A stretch of DNA of 64,000 bases from Bacilli bacterium (GCA_900769695.1 CAAGHO010000042.1:268-64267); one strand, 5' to 3'; numbered from the stretch's first letter, positions 7,405 through 17,617 are shown. Program-made: numbers and translations. The notes: a model not told the origin generated them from the letters alone.

Positions 7405-9439
7405 TTATTTATATTATTTAATTTTTTTACTTTCAGTTATTTACACTGCAATATTTATTAATATCAAACATGAATTTAAATTAAATCTTAACTCTAAGAT
7501 ACTTATTGGTAGTGTAGAATCTATTTCTTTAAGTGGAAATAAACTTAGTTTAATTGTTAAAAATAAAGAAAAAGTAAAGGCAACATATTATTTAACAAAT
7601 AAAGATGAGATTCATTTAATTAAGCAAATTCATTTAGGTGATAAGGTAAGATTAGAGGGTAAATTTAGTCTTCCTTTAACAAATAAGGATGAATATTCTT
7701 TTGATTATGAAAGATACTTGAAAACTAAGAAAATATACTATCTATTTAAAATAGAAAAACTTTCTGTTATTTCTTCGTCTAAAAATATTTTTCTACATAT
7801 AAAAGAATTTGTTATTAATAGATGTAAAGATAAATACTTAAAAGTTTTTATTTTAGGAGATAAAAGTTCTTTAGATTCTAGTGTTGTTAGAACTTATCAA
7901 GATTTAGGAATAAGTCATTTATTTGCGATTAGTGGTATGCATGTAAGTTTGTTATCTACAATGTTATTAAAACTTCTTAAATGGTCGAAAGTAAAGGAGG
8001 ATAACAGGTTAAAAATAGTTTCTTGTATTTTATTATTTTACTTATTTTTAACTACTTTTTCTGTATCTATTTTAAGGGCTGTACTTTTCTTTATTTGTTT
8101 TTCTTTCAATAAAATTTACTATACTTATATAGATAGTAAAAATATCTTTCTTTTAGTAGCAGCAATCTCTTTATTTATCAATCCATTTTATATTTATGAT
8201 GTTGCATTTATTTACTCTTATAGTATTAGTTTTAGTTTAATTGTAATGGCAAATTTTATAAATAGTTTTAAATCTTATTTTAAAAGTTTATTTGTAACAT
8301 CACTTATTTCTTTTCTAGTTGGAATTCCAACATCACTCTATTTTTTTAATCAACTAAATTTTTTAAGCATTATTTATAATTTATTTTATGTTCCATTTAT
8401 TAGCTATATAGTTTTTCCCCTTGCTTTAATTTCATTTTTAGTACCACAAGTTCTAAAAGTATTTGAACTATCTGTATCTTTCTTAGAGTTTACTGCAAGT
8501 ATCTTAAGTAAAATTACCTTTTCTAAATTAATTTTTTGTAGCTGCAATATCTTAATTTACTTTATCTATATAATTTTAATTATATGTATTTTAAAATTGA
8601 TTAGTTCTTCTAATAAAAGAGTAGTATTAATCTTTATTCTTTTATTAGTATTTCACTATTTTATTCCTACTTTATTTGATAAAAATTATTTAATGATGAT
8701 TGACGTAGGTCAGGGAGACTCTATTTTGATTCATTCTAAAGGGAAAAATATGTTAATTGATACAGGGGGAATAGAAACATATCAGAATAAATCATTTAAA
8801 AGTAGTAATGAATCTAAAGTAGTTATAAATACAACAATACCATTATTAAAAAAGTTAGGTATTTCCAAAATAGATTATTTAGTTTTGACTCATGGAGATT
8901 TTGATCATGCTGGAGAAGCAATCAATCTAATTAGAAACTTTAACGTTGATAAAATTTATCTTAATCAAGGAAAATTTAACTCTTTAGAAAAGAAGATAAT
9001 TATGAATCATAAAAAAACTTTTCAAATAGCAGAAGGAGATTTAATAAAACTTGGTAGTATTTCTTTAATTGAACTGAATAAGGCTTTTTTAGATGAAAAT
9101 GACTCAAGTACTATCCTTTTAATGTATTATAAAAATTTAAAGATTCTTTTAACAGGGGATGCTTCTGTTAAATCAGAAAAGTATATACTAGATACTTATG
9201 ATTTAGGACATGTTGATATTTTAAAACTGGGTCATCATGGTTCAAAGACTTCAACGGGCGAAGCTTTATTAAAAGAAATTAGACCAAGTTTAGGTTTGAT
9301 ATCTTGCGGTAAAGATAATAAATTTAATCATCCTCATAAAGTAACCATTGAAAAACTAAAAAAATATAAAATTAGATATTTAAGAACTGATATAGAAGGC
9401 TCTATAAAAATTAATTTAGATACATTAAAAATAAATTAA
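7373..9439 (+). CDS. comEC: ComEC/Rec2 DNA internalisation channel with metallo-beta-lactamase domain
   Basis: Polytopic competence domain plus a C-terminal MBL fold (MMIDVGQGDSILI, HGDFDHAG, LKLGHHGSKTS). The start is uncertain: TTG 7373 after GGAGAAAG, overlapping the comEA end. Confidence 0.85.
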   Translation: MLRLRKILLCNYLYYLIFLLSVIYTAIFINIKHEFKLNLNSKILIGSVESISLSGNKLSLIVKNKEKVKATYYLTNKDEIHLIKQIHLGDKVRLEGKFSLPLTNKDEYSFDYERYLKTKKIYYLFKIEKLSVISSSKNIFLHIKEFVINRCKDKYLKVFILGDKSSLDSSVVRTYQDLGISHLFAISGMHVSLLSTMLLKLLKWSKVKEDNRLKIVSCILLFYLFLTTFSVSILRAVLFFICFSFNKIYYTYIDSKNIFLLVAAISLFINPFYIYDVAFIYSYSISFSLIVMANFINSFKSYFKSLFVTSLISFLVGIPTSLYFFNQLNFLSIIYNLFYVPFISYIVFPLALISFLVPQVLKVFELSVSFLEFTASILSKITFSKLIFCSCNILIYFIYIILIICILKLISSSNKRVVLIFILLLVFHYFIPTLFDKNYLMMIDVGQGDSILIHSKGKNMLIDTGGIETYQNKSFKSSNESKVVINTTIPLLKKLGISKIDYLVLTHGDFDHAGEAINLIRNFNVDKIYLNQGKFNSLEKKIIMNHKKTFQIAEGDLIKLGSISLIELNKAFLDENDSSTILLMYYKNLKILLTGDASVKSEKYILDTYDLGHVDILKLGHHGSKTSTGEALLKEIRPSLGLISCGKDNKFNHPHKVTIEKLKKYKIRYLRTDIEGSIKINLDTLKIN

Positions 9440-9485
9440 GTTGAAAATACTAGATTTATGATAAAATAGTTTTGGATGTGATAGA

Positions 9486-10055
9486 ATGACATATAATGAA
9501 TTAAAAGAAATTTTATTAGTTGATGATGTATATCTTCAATTAAAGAAACATGAACAAGAAATTTTTAAACTTATACCTGAATTAGAAAGGTGTAAGGGTT
9601 TTGAACAAAATAGTAAATGGCATATTTATGATGTTTATGAACATATATTACATGTTGTTTCTTATACTGAACCAAATCTTTGTTTAAGACTTTCTGCATT
9701 GTTTCATGATATTGGTAAACCATTAGTATATAAAGAAGATGAAAATAAAGAAGGACACTTTTACAATCATTGGAATGAGTCTTTAAATATATTTAAAAAA
9801 TATCAAGAAAAGTTTGAACTTTCTTCCCAAGAAATTTTATTGATTAGTAATTTGATATATTACCATGACATTAATTTGGATAATATGGATTCTCTTCAGT
9901 TAAATAGTTTAATAGATGAATTTGAAGGAAAAGATATTGAATTATTATTTAATTTAAAAAAGGCAGATTTAAAATCTCAATCCAGAAATTATCATTATCT
10001 TCTAGATAATATTGATATCCAAAGAGAAAGATTAATTAAATCAAAAAATATATAG
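9486..10055 (+). CDS. HD-domain phosphohydrolase
   Basis: HD signature KWHIYDVYEHILHV ... ALFHDIGKP. Confidence 0.6.
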   Translation: MTYNELKEILLVDDVYLQLKKHEQEIFKLIPELERCKGFEQNSKWHIYDVYEHILHVVSYTEPNLCLRLSALFHDIGKPLVYKEDENKEGHFYNHWNESLNIFKKYQEKFELSSQEILLISNLIYYHDINLDNMDSLQLNSLIDEFEGKDIELLFNLKKADLKSQSRNYHYLLDNIDIQRERLIKSKNI

Positions 10056-10139
10056 GCTAAATTTTTCTTAAAAAAGTTATTTATCTTATTGCAATATCAA
10101 GAGAAATTTATTAAAATAAGTTTAGTGGTGGTGATTCTT

Positions 10140-11042
10140 ATGCAAAATATTAATACATTGGTTAAAAATAAGAAATCACTTGACTTGAAACATTCATTTA
10201 TGGATGCTTGCAGTAACAAAGCTTTTTATGAATTTATTAAAACACTACCAATAGAAGAAGAAATATTAATTAAATATACATCTAAATTAGAAGATGCGGA
10301 AAAAGAATATTCTAACTGTAAAAATTGTAAAGGTTTTTCTTCTTGTAAAAATCAAATTAAAGGCTATTGCTATAGTCCAATAAAGGAAAATGATACTATT
10401 AATTTTTCATACATTATGTGTAAAAAATTATCTGCGTTAGAAAAAGAAAAAGAATACTTAAAGAATATTAATTATTATGAGGTAAGTGAAGAATTAAAAA
10501 AAGCATCTTTTAAAGATCTTTATAAAGATGATGTTAATCGTGTTCCAATATTAAAATATATTACAGAATTTATTAAAAAATATCAAAATAACGAAAAAGT
10601 TAAAGGCTTGTATTTAAATGGTTCATTTGGATCAGGAAAAACATACCTTATTTCTGCACTTTTTAATGATATGGCAAAAAAAGGGTATAAATGCGCTATT
10701 GTTTATTATCCTGAATTTTTGAGAGATTTAAAGGCATCTTTTAACAAAGATTATGAAGAAAAATTTAATTATATAAAAAAGACAGATTTACTACTTCTAG
10801 ACGATATTGGTGCAGAAAACGTTACTAGTTTCAATAGAGATGAAGTTTTAGGACCAATTTTACAATATCGAATGGAAGAAGATTTACCGACATTTTTTAC
10901 GTCTAACTTGACGCTGGAAGAATTAGAAAATAATTTATCTTTGACCTCATCGGGTGTTGATAAGGTTAAGGCCAGAAGAATTATAGAAAGAATAAAACAA
11001 CTTACAATTGAAATAAAACTAGTTAGTAAAAATAGGAGGTAG
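10140..11042 (+). CDS. dnaI: Helicase loader DnaI (AAA+ with N-terminal Cys-rich domain)
   Basis: Cys cluster NCKNCKGFSSCKN..C, Walker A GSFGSGKTYL and Walker B LLLLDDIGAE. ATG 10140 lies 7 nt after GGTGGTG; the ORF-track start at 10089 is probably too early. Confidence 0.8.
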   Translation: MQNINTLVKNKKSLDLKHSFMDACSNKAFYEFIKTLPIEEEILIKYTSKLEDAEKEYSNCKNCKGFSSCKNQIKGYCYSPIKENDTINFSYIMCKKLSALEKEKEYLKNINYYEVSEELKKASFKDLYKDDVNRVPILKYITEFIKKYQNNEKVKGLYLNGSFGSGKTYLISALFNDMAKKGYKCAIVYYPEFLRDLKASFNKDYEEKFNYIKKTDLLLLDDIGAENVTSFNRDEVLGPILQYRMEEDLPTFFTSNLTLEELENNLSLTSSGVDKVKARRIIERIKQLTIEIKLVSKNRR

Positions 11043-11046
11043 AATT

Positions 11047-13047
11047 ATGGCAAAGAGTGAAAAAGAAAGAACAATGGAAGTAGTTAGAAGTTATTTCAAA
11101 ATAGGAGATCATAGATCTCGAAAAGAGTTTGAAAAGTTACTTTTAGATGATGATAGTACGTTGATAGAAAATTCGCTCGTTGCCTTTTTAAGTGTCGAAA
11201 TCGATAATATTGTATCTCAAGATGATTTTACATATTTATTTAATGCTTTAAAATATATTGAGGTGTTAATTCAAAAATATCCAGATTTAAACCGAAAAAA
11301 ATTAAAAAAGAAATTAACAAAATTAACGGAAAAAGTTGACCTTATTAGTCAAGAAAAGAAGAAAGAATTTTTTTCCAAAAGAAAAGTTAAAAAGAGAATG
11401 GAAGATTTTTATGAAATAATTTATTCCATAGAAAATAAACTTGATATTTGCCAAAATAATTATTTTGAACTCTTTAGTTATTTCTTATTTGAAGTTAAAA
11501 ATATCAATTATATAGAACAAATCGTAAAATTTTTTCCTAATATTGTCAATGTAAGAAATAGTAATAGAGATAGTATCTTTTATATAATGATTAATAATTA
11601 TGTAAAAACATTATCAGTACCATATGATATATCAAATAATGAAGATATTTTATTTTATAATAATTTGTTTTCACTATTTAATAGTAAAAAAGAATTTAAT
11701 TTAGATAGTGTTGAAAAAACTAAGTGTTTGCAATCTATATATGATGCAATGAATGATTTAAATAAAGATTGTAAAGACTATAAGCAGAGATTAAAAATGT
11801 TAGCTGATTTAAAATTAATGCTTACAGATAATTTAATGAAAAAAGATATTAGAGATATAGGAAGATACTATAATATTAAAATAGACTTTGATGAAGAAGT
11901 ATTAGATGAATTAAAAATGTATCAAACAACTTATAGTAAATTGGTATATCCTGATAGAAAAATAATTGGTAATGATTCCATGATTATTACAATAGATGGA
12001 AATAATGCTAAAGAAATAGATGATGCTTTATCAGTAAAAGTACTTCCTAACGGAAATTACTTGTTGGGTATACACATTGCTACAGTTTTAGGATATTTAC
12101 CGTATAAATCAAAAATAGTTCAAGAAGCAATTACAAGAGGAACCACTATTTATTTATCAGAAAACAATATTGTTCAAACTGATAAAGATAACTACAAAAG
12201 TATTATTCCAATACTACCATATCAGTTTTCAGCAATTGATGCTTCTTTAATAGAAGCAAAACTAAGACTTGCAAATTCATACTTTTTTGAAATAGACAGA
12301 GATGGTAACACTGTTAATGAGAGTTTTCAGAAAACTATTATTACGAATAGTAAGCAATGCACATATAGTGAAATCAATAAAATATTTAATGATGGTGGGG
12401 CTTCTAAAAATAGAGAACTAGCTGCAACAGTTAATTTATTGGGTGAGGTTTCGAATGCTTTAGAAAGAAGATTTCATCCGACTAGAATTTATGAAACAGT
12501 AAAAAAACAATCGAATAATCCCGCTAATTTAATTTTAGGAAATAGTTCGAGTGAAAAAATTGTTTCGAATGCCATGATTTTATTAGGGAGTGAAGTAGCA
12601 AATTGGTTTAAAGATAAAAAAAGAGATTATCCACTTTTACTTAGAGTTCACGAAATAAATGATGATTGTAATCAAGAATTACAAGAAGTAATTTCTAATT
12701 TTGATTTTAAAGCTGATCAAGAAAAATTTAATTATTTATTTGATAGTTTACTAGGAATTTATCCGAGTGGTAGATATGATACTAAAGGAAGACATGATGG
12801 ATTAGGTTTGGAAAATTATGCACACTGTTCCTCTGTTTTAAGAAGAAGCGCTGATATTGTAAATGAACATGCACTTGATGTGTGTTATTTCAATAATCCA
12901 ACAGATAAAGATTTATATACTTTAGAAGAAGATATTATCAGGAATAAAAATATAATTAATGCACAAAATAATGCTATAAACTATTTCTTAGATGATTTTA
13001 AATTACAGAAAAAAATTATCAAAAGAAAAAGCAATGTCAACCGATGA
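11047..13047 (+). CDS. RNB-domain exoribonuclease (RNase II/R family), atypical flanks
   Basis: RNB motif I ITIDGNNAKEIDDALSV near residue 315, with an RNB-like body downstream. I could not recognise cold-shock or S1 domains. Confidence 0.65.
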   Translation: MAKSEKERTMEVVRSYFKIGDHRSRKEFEKLLLDDDSTLIENSLVAFLSVEIDNIVSQDDFTYLFNALKYIEVLIQKYPDLNRKKLKKKLTKLTEKVDLISQEKKKEFFSKRKVKKRMEDFYEIIYSIENKLDICQNNYFELFSYFLFEVKNINYIEQIVKFFPNIVNVRNSNRDSIFYIMINNYVKTLSVPYDISNNEDILFYNNLFSLFNSKKEFNLDSVEKTKCLQSIYDAMNDLNKDCKDYKQRLKMLADLKLMLTDNLMKKDIRDIGRYYNIKIDFDEEVLDELKMYQTTYSKLVYPDRKIIGNDSMIITIDGNNAKEIDDALSVKVLPNGNYLLGIHIATVLGYLPYKSKIVQEAITRGTTIYLSENNIVQTDKDNYKSIIPILPYQFSAIDASLIEAKLRLANSYFFEIDRDGNTVNESFQKTIITNSKQCTYSEINKIFNDGGASKNRELAATVNLLGEVSNALERRFHPTRIYETVKKQSNNPANLILGNSSSEKIVSNAMILLGSEVANWFKDKKRDYPLLLRVHEINDDCNQELQEVISNFDFKADQEKFNYLFDSLLGIYPSGRYDTKGRHDGLGLENYAHCSSVLRRSADIVNEHALDVCYFNNPTDKDLYTLEEDIIRNKNIINAQNNAINYFLDDFKLQKKIIKRKSNVNR

Positions 13048-13119
13048 AAAAAATTTAAAAAACAGTTGATTGTTAGGAAAAAATAATGTATTCTTAAATT
13101 ATAAGGTAGGTGAAAGATT

Positions 13120-13863
13120 GTGGAAGAAAAAAATATTAAAGAACAAAAAGAAAGCAAAAAGCCACAAAAAATTGAAAATAACAAAAAGAAAATTTTAGCT
13201 TTAGCTCTTGCTTTAGTATTATTAATCGGAGGAACTTATGCATGGTTAACAATCACTTTAACAGGAACTAAGACTACAAGAATTGAAGCTGGTACATTAG
13301 CAATGGAGATTAAAAATGAATCAGAAGGTATAACATTAGAAAATGCATTACCAATGACAGATGAAGATGGTGCTAAGTTAACACCATATGAATTTACAAT
13401 TTCTAATGAAGGAAATGTTCCATCTGAATATTCAGTATACCTAGATAAGCAAGGTATTGATGCAGAAACAGAATTTGATATGCCTTTAACAAAGGTTAAA
13501 TGTCAAATTACTAAAACAATAATGAATATGACAAATGGTAAAATTACTGATGCTGATTCACAAGTTACTACAACTACAACAACTGGACTTTTAAGTGATA
13601 TGGTAGATGCTGATAACTCAAATACAAGTGTTGTTTTAGCTACAAGTAGTAATACTGATTCTACAACAACTCCATTAAAAGTTGGTCAATACATTAAATT
13701 TTCTGTTAGATTATGGATTGATGAAACAGCTGTTAATGATGATTTAAAGAAAACAGTTTCAACTGATGGTTCATCTAAAACATATGTAGCAGCATACGCA
13801 GCTAAGTTAAGATTAGAAGCTTCTCAAGTTGGTATCGAAGCTGATGCAGCATATGGTGAATAG
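13120..13863 (+). CDS. Minimal TasA/camelysin-like secreted protein, paralog D (no C-terminal module)
   Basis: GTG start after AAGGTAGGTGAAAG. KKKILALALALVLLIGGTYAWLTITLTGTKTTRIEAGTLAMEI. Domain ends RLWIDE...AAKLRLEASQ. 247 aa. Confidence 0.6.
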   Translation: MEEKNIKEQKESKKPQKIENNKKKILALALALVLLIGGTYAWLTITLTGTKTTRIEAGTLAMEIKNESEGITLENALPMTDEDGAKLTPYEFTISNEGNVPSEYSVYLDKQGIDAETEFDMPLTKVKCQITKTIMNMTNGKITDADSQVTTTTTTGLLSDMVDADNSNTSVVLATSSNTDSTTTPLKVGQYIKFSVRLWIDETAVNDDLKKTVSTDGSSKTYVAAYAAKLRLEASQVGIEADAAYGE

Positions 13864-13874
13864 TTAAGAAATTT

Positions 13875-13905
13875 AAAGTCGCTTTCTAGTGACTTTTTCT
13901 TTTTC
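13875..13905 (+). terminator. Terminator of paralog D
   Basis: Stem AAAGTCGCT/AGTGACTTT (one G-U pair), loop TTCT, then a T-run. Confidence 0.6.
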
Positions 13906-13916
13906 TCATAAAAATA

Positions 13917-13945
13917 TTGCTAAAAGAAATAGATTGTGGTATTAT
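13917..13945 (+). promoter_or_regulatory. Promoter of the thrS leader
   Basis: TTGCTA (13917-13922), 17-nt spacer, TATTAT (13940-13945) preceded by TGG. Confidence 0.5.
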
Positions 13946-13949
13946 GAAT

Positions 13950-14160
13950 TTGTAAAAACAGTGATTAAGGACACGATTATTTAATTGTTTATTAAGAGAG
14001 TTCATGGTTGGTGAAAATGAATTGAACGTTAGAATAATTACTACCTTACTAGTTGAATTATGAAAAGTAATTCCGGATAATTTCCGTTATTTAAATTAAG
14101 ATAAATACTGGGATGGTACCGTGTTTTAAGCACTCCAAGAAATTGGGTGCTTTTTGTTTT
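13950..14160 (+). promoter_or_regulatory. T-box leader (threonine specifier) with terminator
   Basis: AGAGAG and GGTGAAAA stem I elements. ACU/ACC candidates at 14040-14045 in a specifier-loop-like context. T-box sequence AATACTGGGATGGTACCGTG (14103-14122). Terminator AAGCACTC/GGGTGCTT plus T-run (14128-14160). Confidence 0.85.
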
Positions 14161-14175
14161 GAAGGGAGAATAGTT

Positions 14176-15933
14176 ATGATAAATATTAAAGAAGATGAAA
14201 AATTAAGTGTAATGAATCATTCATGTGCACATTTACTTGCTCAAGCAGTTAAACATTTATATTCAAATGCAAAATTTTGGGTAGGACCAGTAATAGAAGA
14301 AGGTTTTTATTACGATATTGATTTAGGAGACCAAGTCATTACTGAAGATGATCTTCCAAAAATAGAAAAAGAAATGAAAAAAATATCTAAAGATGGAAAA
14401 AGAATTGTTCGTGAAGAGTTATCTAAAGCTGAAGCCTTAGAAAAATTCAAAGATGATCCTTATAAAATTGATTTGATTTCTAGAATGGATGAAGAAACAA
14501 CTACAATTAGTTGTTATACTCAAGGAGATTTTACAGATCTTTGTCGTGGACCACATGTAGACACAGTTAAGGAATTAAAATATTTTAAATTATTAAAAGT
14601 ATCTGGTGCTTACTGGAAGGGGGACGCTAAAAACAAAATGCTTCAAAGAATTTATGGTATTTGTTTTGACAGTGAAGAAGCATTAGAAAAACATTTAGAA
14701 TTCTTAGAAGAATGTAAACAAAGAGATCATAGAAAACTAGGAAAAGAGCTAGGAATATTTATGTTTGCTGATTTAGTAGGTAGAGGACTTCCTATGTGGT
14801 TACCTAATGGTTTCTTAGTAAGAAGAGCTTTAGTTGATTATATTACTGACAAAGAAATTGCTTTAGGGTATAAGCATGTTATGACACCATCACTTGGAAA
14901 TGTTGATTTATATAAAACATCAGGACATTGGGATCATTATAAAGAAGATATGTTTCCAGCAATGGAATTAGATGATGAAGCATATGTATTAAGACCAATG
15001 AACTGTCCTCATCATATGATGATGTTTAAAAATTCTCTTCACTCATATCGCGACTTACCAATTAGACTTGCAGAAGTTGCTAATGACTTTAGATATGAAT
15101 CAAGTGGTTCATTATGTGGTATTGAAAGAACCCGTGCATTTACTCAGAATGATTCTCATATATTCTGTATGCCAAGTCAAATCAAAGATGAATTTGCAGG
15201 AGTTGTTAAATTAATACTTGATGTTTATAAAGACTTTGGTTTTAACGATTATGAATTTAGACTTTCTTTAAGAGATAAAAATGATAAAGAAAAATATTTT
15301 GATAATGATGAAATGTGGAATATGGCTGAAAATGAGTTACGTAAAGTTCTAAATGAACTAGAAATTCCATATTATGAAGCAGAAGGTGAAGCAGCTTTCT
15401 ATGGACCTAAATTGGATGTTCAAGTAAAAAGTGCAATTGGTCATGATGTAACTTTATCAACTTGTCAATTAGATTTCCTACTTCCAGAAAGATTTGAACT
15501 TGAATATGTTGATGAATCTGGAAAAAAAGTAAGACCTGTAGTTATCCATAGAGCAATTCTTGGTTCGTTAGATAGATTTATTGCATTTTTACTTGAAGAA
15601 ACAAAGGGAAATCTTCCTCTTTGGTTAGCTCCAGTTCAAGTTAGTGTTATTCCAGTTTCAAGCGAACATCAAGGAGAGTATGCTCACTATGTAAAAGATA
15701 TGTTAGATAAAGCTAATATAAGATGTGAAGTTGATGATCGTAATGAAAAACTAGGTTATCGTTTACGTGAGGCTCAAACAAAGAAAATTAAATATACATT
15801 AATCTTAGGAGATAAAGAAAAAGAATCAAATACAATAAGTTACCGCTTGCATGGAAGTCAAGATACAACTAACTTATCAGTTGACGAATTTATTGCAAAA
15901 ATAAACGAAGAGATTGCATCTAAAAGTCACTAG
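14176..15933 (+). CDS. thrS: Threonine--tRNA ligase (short form without recognisable TGS domain)
   Basis: Begins directly at the editing/SAD motif HSCAHLLAQAV. RDHRKLGKELGIF and class II core motifs are present. ATG 14176 follows GAAGGGAG; the T-box terminator lies inside the longer ORF-track prediction. Confidence 0.95.
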   Translation: MINIKEDEKLSVMNHSCAHLLAQAVKHLYSNAKFWVGPVIEEGFYYDIDLGDQVITEDDLPKIEKEMKKISKDGKRIVREELSKAEALEKFKDDPYKIDLISRMDEETTTISCYTQGDFTDLCRGPHVDTVKELKYFKLLKVSGAYWKGDAKNKMLQRIYGICFDSEEALEKHLEFLEECKQRDHRKLGKELGIFMFADLVGRGLPMWLPNGFLVRRALVDYITDKEIALGYKHVMTPSLGNVDLYKTSGHWDHYKEDMFPAMELDDEAYVLRPMNCPHHMMMFKNSLHSYRDLPIRLAEVANDFRYESSGSLCGIERTRAFTQNDSHIFCMPSQIKDEFAGVVKLILDVYKDFGFNDYEFRLSLRDKNDKEKYFDNDEMWNMAENELRKVLNELEIPYYEAEGEAAFYGPKLDVQVKSAIGHDVTLSTCQLDFLLPERFELEYVDESGKKVRPVVIHRAILGSLDRFIAFLLEETKGNLPLWLAPVQVSVIPVSSEHQGEYAHYVKDMLDKANIRCEVDDRNEKLGYRLREAQTKKIKYTLILGDKEKESNTISYRLHGSQDTTNLSVDEFIAKINEEIASKSH

Positions 15934-15952
15934 TTTTGTGACTTTTCTCTTC
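15922..15952 (+). terminator. thrS terminator
   Basis: Stem AAAAGTCAC/GTGACTTTT spanning the stop codon, then a T-rich run. Confidence 0.6.
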
Positions 15953-16004
15953 TAATTATTAACATATCTATAAAGTAAAAAACATCAAGGAGTAGTAAGG
16001 ATAT

Positions 16005-17600
16005 ATGAAAAGAAGTATGAATCATAACCAAAGAAGTAAAAGACAAGAAAATTTTCTAAAAAAGAAAAACGAAGAATTTAGTATCAAAAATAAGTTGGTT
16101 AGTATAAAAAAATTAATAAGTGAAAATAAACTTTCAACTGCATTGAATGAAGTTGAAGAATTACTTCAAGAATACCCAGATGATAGTATTGGACTTTTTC
16201 AGTATGCTAATATCTTATATATATTAGGAAATCTTGATTTAGCAAAAGAAGAATTTCAAAATATAGTTAATCAAAACTTAGAAAGTAAAAATGGTGCTTT
16301 ATATAAGTTGGGAAATATTGCTGTTTTAGAAAAAAATTATAAACTAGCTAAAGAACTTTTTAGACGTAATATAGAAGAAAGTCCATATGAAGAGGTTTTA
16401 TCTGTAATAGCATTATCTAACTTGGAATTAAGAGATGGCAATTTTTCTTTAGCAGAAGCTATTTTGAATATATATCCAAATACTGATAATGATAGAATTG
16501 TTCTTCAAAGGGCATTGATTTTAAAAAATAAAGGAAAATGTAAAGAAGCATATAATCTTATAAATACGCATCATTTTGAAAAAAATGAGTATATAGTTAA
16601 AGATCTATATTATTTAAAAGCTAGTTTAGAATCAGATTTAAAACTATACAATCTTTCTGATGATTCATTCAGTATGATTTTAGATGGCCCAAAATCAGAT
16701 TTTTATTACAAAGTATTATCTGAATATAATATTCTTAATTATAGACAAAGAAATTATCAAAAAGCAATTTCTGGTTGTATGGAAGTTATTAACTATGGTA
16801 ATGATAACTATGTCAGAAAAAGTCTAATCACATTAGGAAATATATACAAAATGTTAGGTAATATTGATTTAGCTAGAAAATATTATTTAGAAAGTTTAAG
16901 TATTAATTGTAAAGAAGGAAAATTGGGTTATATATATTTAGCTGATCTAGCAATGATAGAAAAAGAATATGATAAAGCTAAAGATTATATAAAAAAATTT
17001 GTATCACATAGTTCTAATAAGGTTAATGAAAATATGGCTAATATAAGGCTTGCTTTAATAGCGGCAAAAACAAAAAATATTAGAGAATGCCAAGAATTTA
17101 TGGAAAAAATAGATACAGAATATTTAACTGGATTTAATAAAGATGATTATTATATATTAAAAGATTATCTAGAATTTATAACTAAAAGTAAGAAATGTTC
17201 AAGAGGATTATATACTTATAGTCAAATTAAAAGATATAATTTATATAAATTAAAAGAACATATAGACAAAGTTCATACTTGTGATAATGGTGATACATCT
17301 ATATTTTCTAAAGATATAGATTTAGATTTATTAATACTTCAGGTGCCAGAACTAATAAAAAAAGGGAATCTTATAGGTAATCATTATTTTGAACTTTATG
17401 AAGCTAATTATGATAATATAGGTTTTGTAAATGGAGAAGTTTCAAATACTTTAAGATTAGTGGTATTTCCAGAAACTGAGATGGTAATTACGATGTTTCC
17501 TGTTAAAGATATAGTTTTATACAATGAAGAAAAAAATAACGTAAAAAAGAAGTCACAAATAGATAAGTTTAATCAAAAATATGGAAAAAGAGACAACTAG
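16005..17600 (+). CDS. TPR-repeat protein
   Basis: Repeated 34-aa TPR-like units (for example LGNLDLAKEEFQNIV, LGNIDLARKYYLESL) and a basic N-terminus. Function unknown. Confidence 0.6.
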   Translation: MKRSMNHNQRSKRQENFLKKKNEEFSIKNKLVSIKKLISENKLSTALNEVEELLQEYPDDSIGLFQYANILYILGNLDLAKEEFQNIVNQNLESKNGALYKLGNIAVLEKNYKLAKELFRRNIEESPYEEVLSVIALSNLELRDGNFSLAEAILNIYPNTDNDRIVLQRALILKNKGKCKEAYNLINTHHFEKNEYIVKDLYYLKASLESDLKLYNLSDDSFSMILDGPKSDFYYKVLSEYNILNYRQRNYQKAISGCMEVINYGNDNYVRKSLITLGNIYKMLGNIDLARKYYLESLSINCKEGKLGYIYLADLAMIEKEYDKAKDYIKKFVSHSSNKVNENMANIRLALIAAKTKNIRECQEFMEKIDTEYLTGFNKDDYYILKDYLEFITKSKKCSRGLYTYSQIKRYNLYKLKEHIDKVHTCDNGDTSIFSKDIDLDLLILQVPELIKKGNLIGNHYFELYEANYDNIGFVNGEVSNTLRLVVFPETEMVITMFPVKDIVLYNEEKNNVKKKSQIDKFNQKYGKRDN

Positions 17601-17617
17601 AAAGTTGTTTCTTTTTT
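17590..17617 (+). terminator. Terminator upstream of the dcw promoter
   Basis: Stem AGACAACT/AGTTGTTT (one G-U pair), loop AGAA, then CTTTTTTG. Confidence 0.5.

Noticed and set aside
12981-13184. 67-aa minus-strand ORF spanning the RNB 3' end and the paralog D 5' end
   Set aside because: It is antisense to two supported genes and their intergenic RBS, and it is low complexity. The other short antisense ORFs in the track were rejected for the same reason: 5924-6121, 18996-19229, 22736-22927, 24276-24464, 28678-28905, 29595-29789, 32693-32947, 35617-35868, 36615-36809, 37106-37402, 40740-40925, 41090-41287, 43274-43531, 60073-60288, 61265-61447 and 61870-62052.
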